Shown here in pieces: positions 60,601 to 64,000 of a stretch of 64,000 bases of DNA. Source of the DNA: Balanoglossus misakiensis (taxonomy: Eukaryota; Animalia; Hemichordata); assembly GCA_040954595.2 (NCBI GenBank), contig CM082578.2, positions 5,004,831 to 5,068,830 on the forward strand. Reading direction: 5' to 3'. The notes below the pieces were generated by a model that was not told the DNA's origin, searched no databases, and saw nothing but the letters and a program-made list of their open reading frames with translations. How positions within the stretch are numbered: the stretch's first letter is position 1; each line of letters starts with the position of its first letter. The translations under genes and the position numbers were made by a program.

Positions 60601-63101
60601 CATATGGCTTCGCAATGTCATGACGTAAACCCGAAGGTCTTTATATGTTATTAGCATGGTCATTGATTTGATATCATATCAGGGGAGTTTTTTACAGCAT
60701 TCGACATATTTCACGTCCGTATCTACTCAGCCGTTAATTGAACACAGAAACTTGGCCTTATATTTCATCATTTCTCTGTGAGTCAGTATTGCATCACCAA
60801 AGAGAACCGATAACTATACTGCTGCCACAACGCCACATAGTTCTTGTATCCCGTGATTTGGTTCATTATATACGTACAATAACCCCACACTGTGTTCCAG
60901 GGAAGCGGTCATACAACATGAGCGCCATCATAGGTGACTATGTAGCCATGCGTGGCGGTTGCAGTCCAGCTGACCAAATTGACCATGAAGGTAACGCCAC
61001 GGTCTTTGACTGTGGATCCAGTGGTATCAGGGGGCGGATACTAACACTGCATCACAACGACAATGTGACGTTGCCAACACAGACATGTGAGGTGAATGCA
61101 TATGCTAAAGGTATTATAACATTTTCATCGCCTTCCCTAAGGGACCGTTCAGTTTTTACGGCCGGGGGGGGGGGGCGGCAAAATCCAGGGGGGGGGGTCA
61201 CTTAAATTTTGAAGTCCACAAGGGGGGGGGGGTCATCTGTTTTTTTTAAACGTTTAAGGGGGGGTCACATACTTTTGCCACCGAACTTTTGCTTTTGAGT
61301 CCACAAAATTGCAGTTTCGCGCCCTTTATTTTACAAAATTTTCTAATGTGGGAGGGGGACACCCACCCCCTACATTCTCTGCCACATTTCATTTTTTGTA
61401 CCAGGGCAGAGTGCTTGCCACCCCAACCCCTTACCCCACCGATGATAATATTTAACAAAGTGAATACATAAAGGAGAATAATTGTTTAAACCATTTTGCA
61501 TAACTGATAGTTTTGCGCTGCATCTTCTATATACTAGAAGTTTTATAAATGATGTCATGACGAAGATGACGCCAAATCTTCTAACTTTGAGTGGAGTGGC
61601 AAAAAGTAAAATTGGTCCTCCCAAACGTTAAGATAATTTGCTTTTGAGTTCATTAAAATGTAACTTTGCGCTACATATTTTACAAAATTTTCTTACGTGG
61701 GAGAGGGACACCCCCTCCCACACCCACCCCCTCCATTCTTCGCCACATTGCATTTCTTCACTGGTTTGTCTAGTTTACCAGGGAAGACTTCTTGCCACCC
61801 CACCCCTGATGCTTACTTAGTGGAGTGGCAAAATTAAAATTTGTCCTACCTAACATTGAGTTAATTTTGCTTTTGAGTTCATTAAATTGCAACTTTGAGC
61901 ACCGTATTTTACAAAATTTTCTTATGTACCCACCCCGGCACTTTTCTTGTTTTACCGATTCTAGCAACTATTGTATTGACTTGTCATTTTAATTTGGTCA
62001 TAGATTTCTTTATTGCAACGATATACTATTATATACTTCAATAATACTTTAAGAAATGTATAATTGGGGTGTCAGGAGCCTCATTCCCTTTATTGCATAC
62101 AGTGTACATAGGATCAGGACGGCGAATGTTTTCGGCGTGGGGGGGGTCATCATATTTTTTGGTCTGTCAAAAGGGGGGTCATCATTTTTTGGTCCTGGGT
62201 GAAGGGGGGGGTCTGCCTGATTTTGAGAACCGATGACACAAACTTGCCGCCCCCCCCCCCCTGCCGTAAAAACTGAACGGTCCCTAACAATTTGAAATTA
62301 TATTTCGGTCATTCTTTATATTTGACGAGGAAATATGATCTCTGTGAACACTTATTGTATAACTACATTGTAGAAATCATATGATCATTTTTTTCTTTTT
62401 TAAGCATTTTAGCGTTTCCTTTCGTTTTTTAAATACCAGCAATGGTTACCAAGGATGCTTACGTCGTCGGAGGAACAACTGTCTGTAAGTGGTGAAGAAG
62501 ACGTGGTCGACTCCAGACATCGTCGAAAATGTCGCGTGTCCTTGCCAATTAACCAGTCATACATAGATTACGCCTGTGATTCGAGCGAGCGTTATAGACC
62601 GTGACAGCGTACTTCGTGTGGGTCAGTCTAGTAAGTTGACGCGATTTTTACAGCCATTCCTCGACCTTCAATCAAACGTAGTGACCCAGTTTCACGCCTT
62701 ACACATTTTACTCATACACCGAAATCGTTGAGATCACTATGAAAGCGCATGCGGTGCGCTGCGATGAAGGAAAAGTGACCTTAAATTCAGTGTCATTCAT
62801 CTTTGCCCGAAATGCTCGAGCAATGAGAAGTTGGCATCTCTTGTGAGTCTTAGTCTCTTATTCAACTGTACTACTTGTTAGTCTTAGTCTCTTATTCAAC
62901 TGTACTACTTGTTAGTCTTAGTCTCTTATTCAACTGTACTACTTGTTATAGTGTTGTTAATCATTTGACAGGGTGACAAGTTGCAACTTATCCAGTACCA
63001 ACATTTGTTACCGACAAACGGACACTCTACCTGAACGTGCACACCCTGACCCATTACTTTACGTTTATCTTCGTCCAATAGCAACGGCTGTTATATGGTG
63101 A
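49539..63101 (+). CDS. secreted multidomain protein, ~752 aa: unassigned N-terminal region, Asp-box, two F-type lectin (fucolectin/FA58C-like) domains
   Basis: Phase-compatible exons 49539-49605 (signal peptide MTISTLGVRFLCMLAIFSMTDA), 52823-52845, 54168-54279, 55006-55456, 55725-55908, 56034-56211 (GC donor), 56757-56777, 57038-57113, 57299-57342, 57758-57964 (SEDNGNSW), 58601-58789 and 59342-59545 (WWRIDLG...GRHIVVQ...FCEIDAY), 60258-60485 and 60901-61110 (NVALGK, RVVDGN, SCLHT, IDLG, GRILTL, TCEVNAY), 62440-62484, 63082-63101. AATAAA at 63168. The micro-exons and terminal exons are less certain. Confidence 0.8.
51599..52376 (+). mobile_element. PIF/Harbinger-type MITE, TAA TSD (copy 1)
   Basis: TAA GGGACCGTTCAGTTTTTACGGC ... 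GCCGTAAAAACTGAACGGTCCC TAA; perfect 22-bp TIR; no ORF. Confidence 0.92.
53748..53842. repeat. (CTCA)n/(CCCA)n microsatellite
   Basis: Directly visible. Confidence 0.9.
57348..57631. repeat. intronic compound (GTT)n(GCT)n(GAT)n(GAC)n microsatellite
   Basis: Begins right after donor 57343; source of the poly-D/poly-S ORFs. Confidence 0.97.
61141..62284 (+). mobile_element. PIF/Harbinger-type MITE, TAA TSD (copy 2, longer)
   Basis: Same TIRs as 51599-52376; TAA at 61138-61140 and 62285-62287; extra internal subrepeat. Confidence 0.92.
62847..62948. repeat. 34-bp minisatellite, 3 exact copies
   Basis: GTCTTAGTCTCTTATTCAACTGTACTACTTGTTA at 62847, 62881 and 62915. Confidence 0.97.
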
Positions 63102-64000
63102 CCTGTTTTTGTGATAGATTTAAGTGGCGACAACTTTTCCTAATGGTATTAAAAAGACTTGTATTCAAATAAAACATTCCCATTCTTTTTATCCGACAAG
63201 TTGCCGTACCCCAGCCTAGTATTTATCCTCCCTTTTATTATTGTCTCTGCAAAAGAACTGAGTGACTACGGTCGCGCATTGAACTTGCAATTTCTTGATA
63301 CGCCTGATTAGAAGCCGGATTTTGTCACTGGTGTCATATTTAGGCCTTACGTAGTAATCATGGATTGTTTGCGTTCATTTGGAAATCGAATTAGTCCTGC
63401 ATTCAATGTAATACACTCACGCAATGTTAGAATCAGGCAACAGAGAACAAGTTTACAAACCATGCATACGATTGATGGTACATTGTATGCGTACAGACAA
63501 ACAGACATACAGACACAGGCAGACAGACAGACGAACAACGTCCAAATCTCTGAACGAGGTCTTATTTTTGAGCGATTCACACTGGACTCTTTTCGTGCAG
63601 CCAAAGTCGGTACAAATAAAATGAATAATGACTCGACACACTTTTTATCAAATTGCAAGGGCTATTTATTCTAAAGACGATACTTCGAAGAGATATGCAA
63701 ATATATGCCGATATAAATATATTTAAATATGGACATTTAAATGTTGTCAAGTAAAGGTATGTTCTGCCAGTTCAACAACAACAAAGTCCACAAAATCTTA
63801 AAATGTCACTAGAACTTCTCAACAGTTTGACAAAGTATCTTATGGGTTTAAAGTCAAATAACTGAAAGAATCCAGAATACAATGCTGGGAAAGTAAGTCG
63901 TGAACGTCGATTTAATGCAGTATTTGCTCTGCGTACATGCAGGGAGTATTTGAGGAAATAAATGTGACACACAAATTTACAATAAATCTATTGCATACCA

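Noticed and set aside
62847-62948. 34-bp repeats resembling CRISPR direct repeats
   Set aside because: Head-to-tail with no spacers, no cas genes, and in a eukaryotic intron.

Overview
AT-rich, intron-rich eukaryotic genomic DNA, inferred to be from a marine invertebrate (deuterostome-like). Most short ORFs in the supplied track are noise or microsatellite translations, so genes were rebuilt by hand from splice sites and phase continuity. Five spliced genes are supported: (1) the 3' part of a Spaetzle/neurotrophin-like cystine-knot gene (~1.3-2.4 kb, +); (2) a secreted short pentraxin (19.4-21.1 kb, -); (3) a single-pass membrane protein with two PPxY motifs (28.5-35.4 kb, +); (4) a secreted C-type lectin + 2 PAN/apple protein (42.1-48.0 kb, +); (5) a ~750-aa secreted protein with an unassigned N-terminal region, an Asp-box and two F-type lectin domains (49.5-63.1 kb, +). 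Mobile DNA comprises a young 5'-truncated RTE LINE with a 9-bp TSD, a Penelope-like GIY-YIG fragment carrying a hammerhead ribozyme inside a (TACA)n array, a second PLE end, Harbinger-type MITEs (TAA/TTA TSD) and Kolobok-type MITEs (TTAA TSD). There are many microsatellites. Main leads: a homologous core-promoter/5'UTR/signal-peptide cassette shared by the unrelated pentraxin and C-type lectin genes; roughly 20-fold excess of the palindrome TACATGTA; and an identical (ATGC)15 block on both sides of the Penelope-like insertion. No rRNA, tRNA or CRISPR array was seen. No databases were searched.
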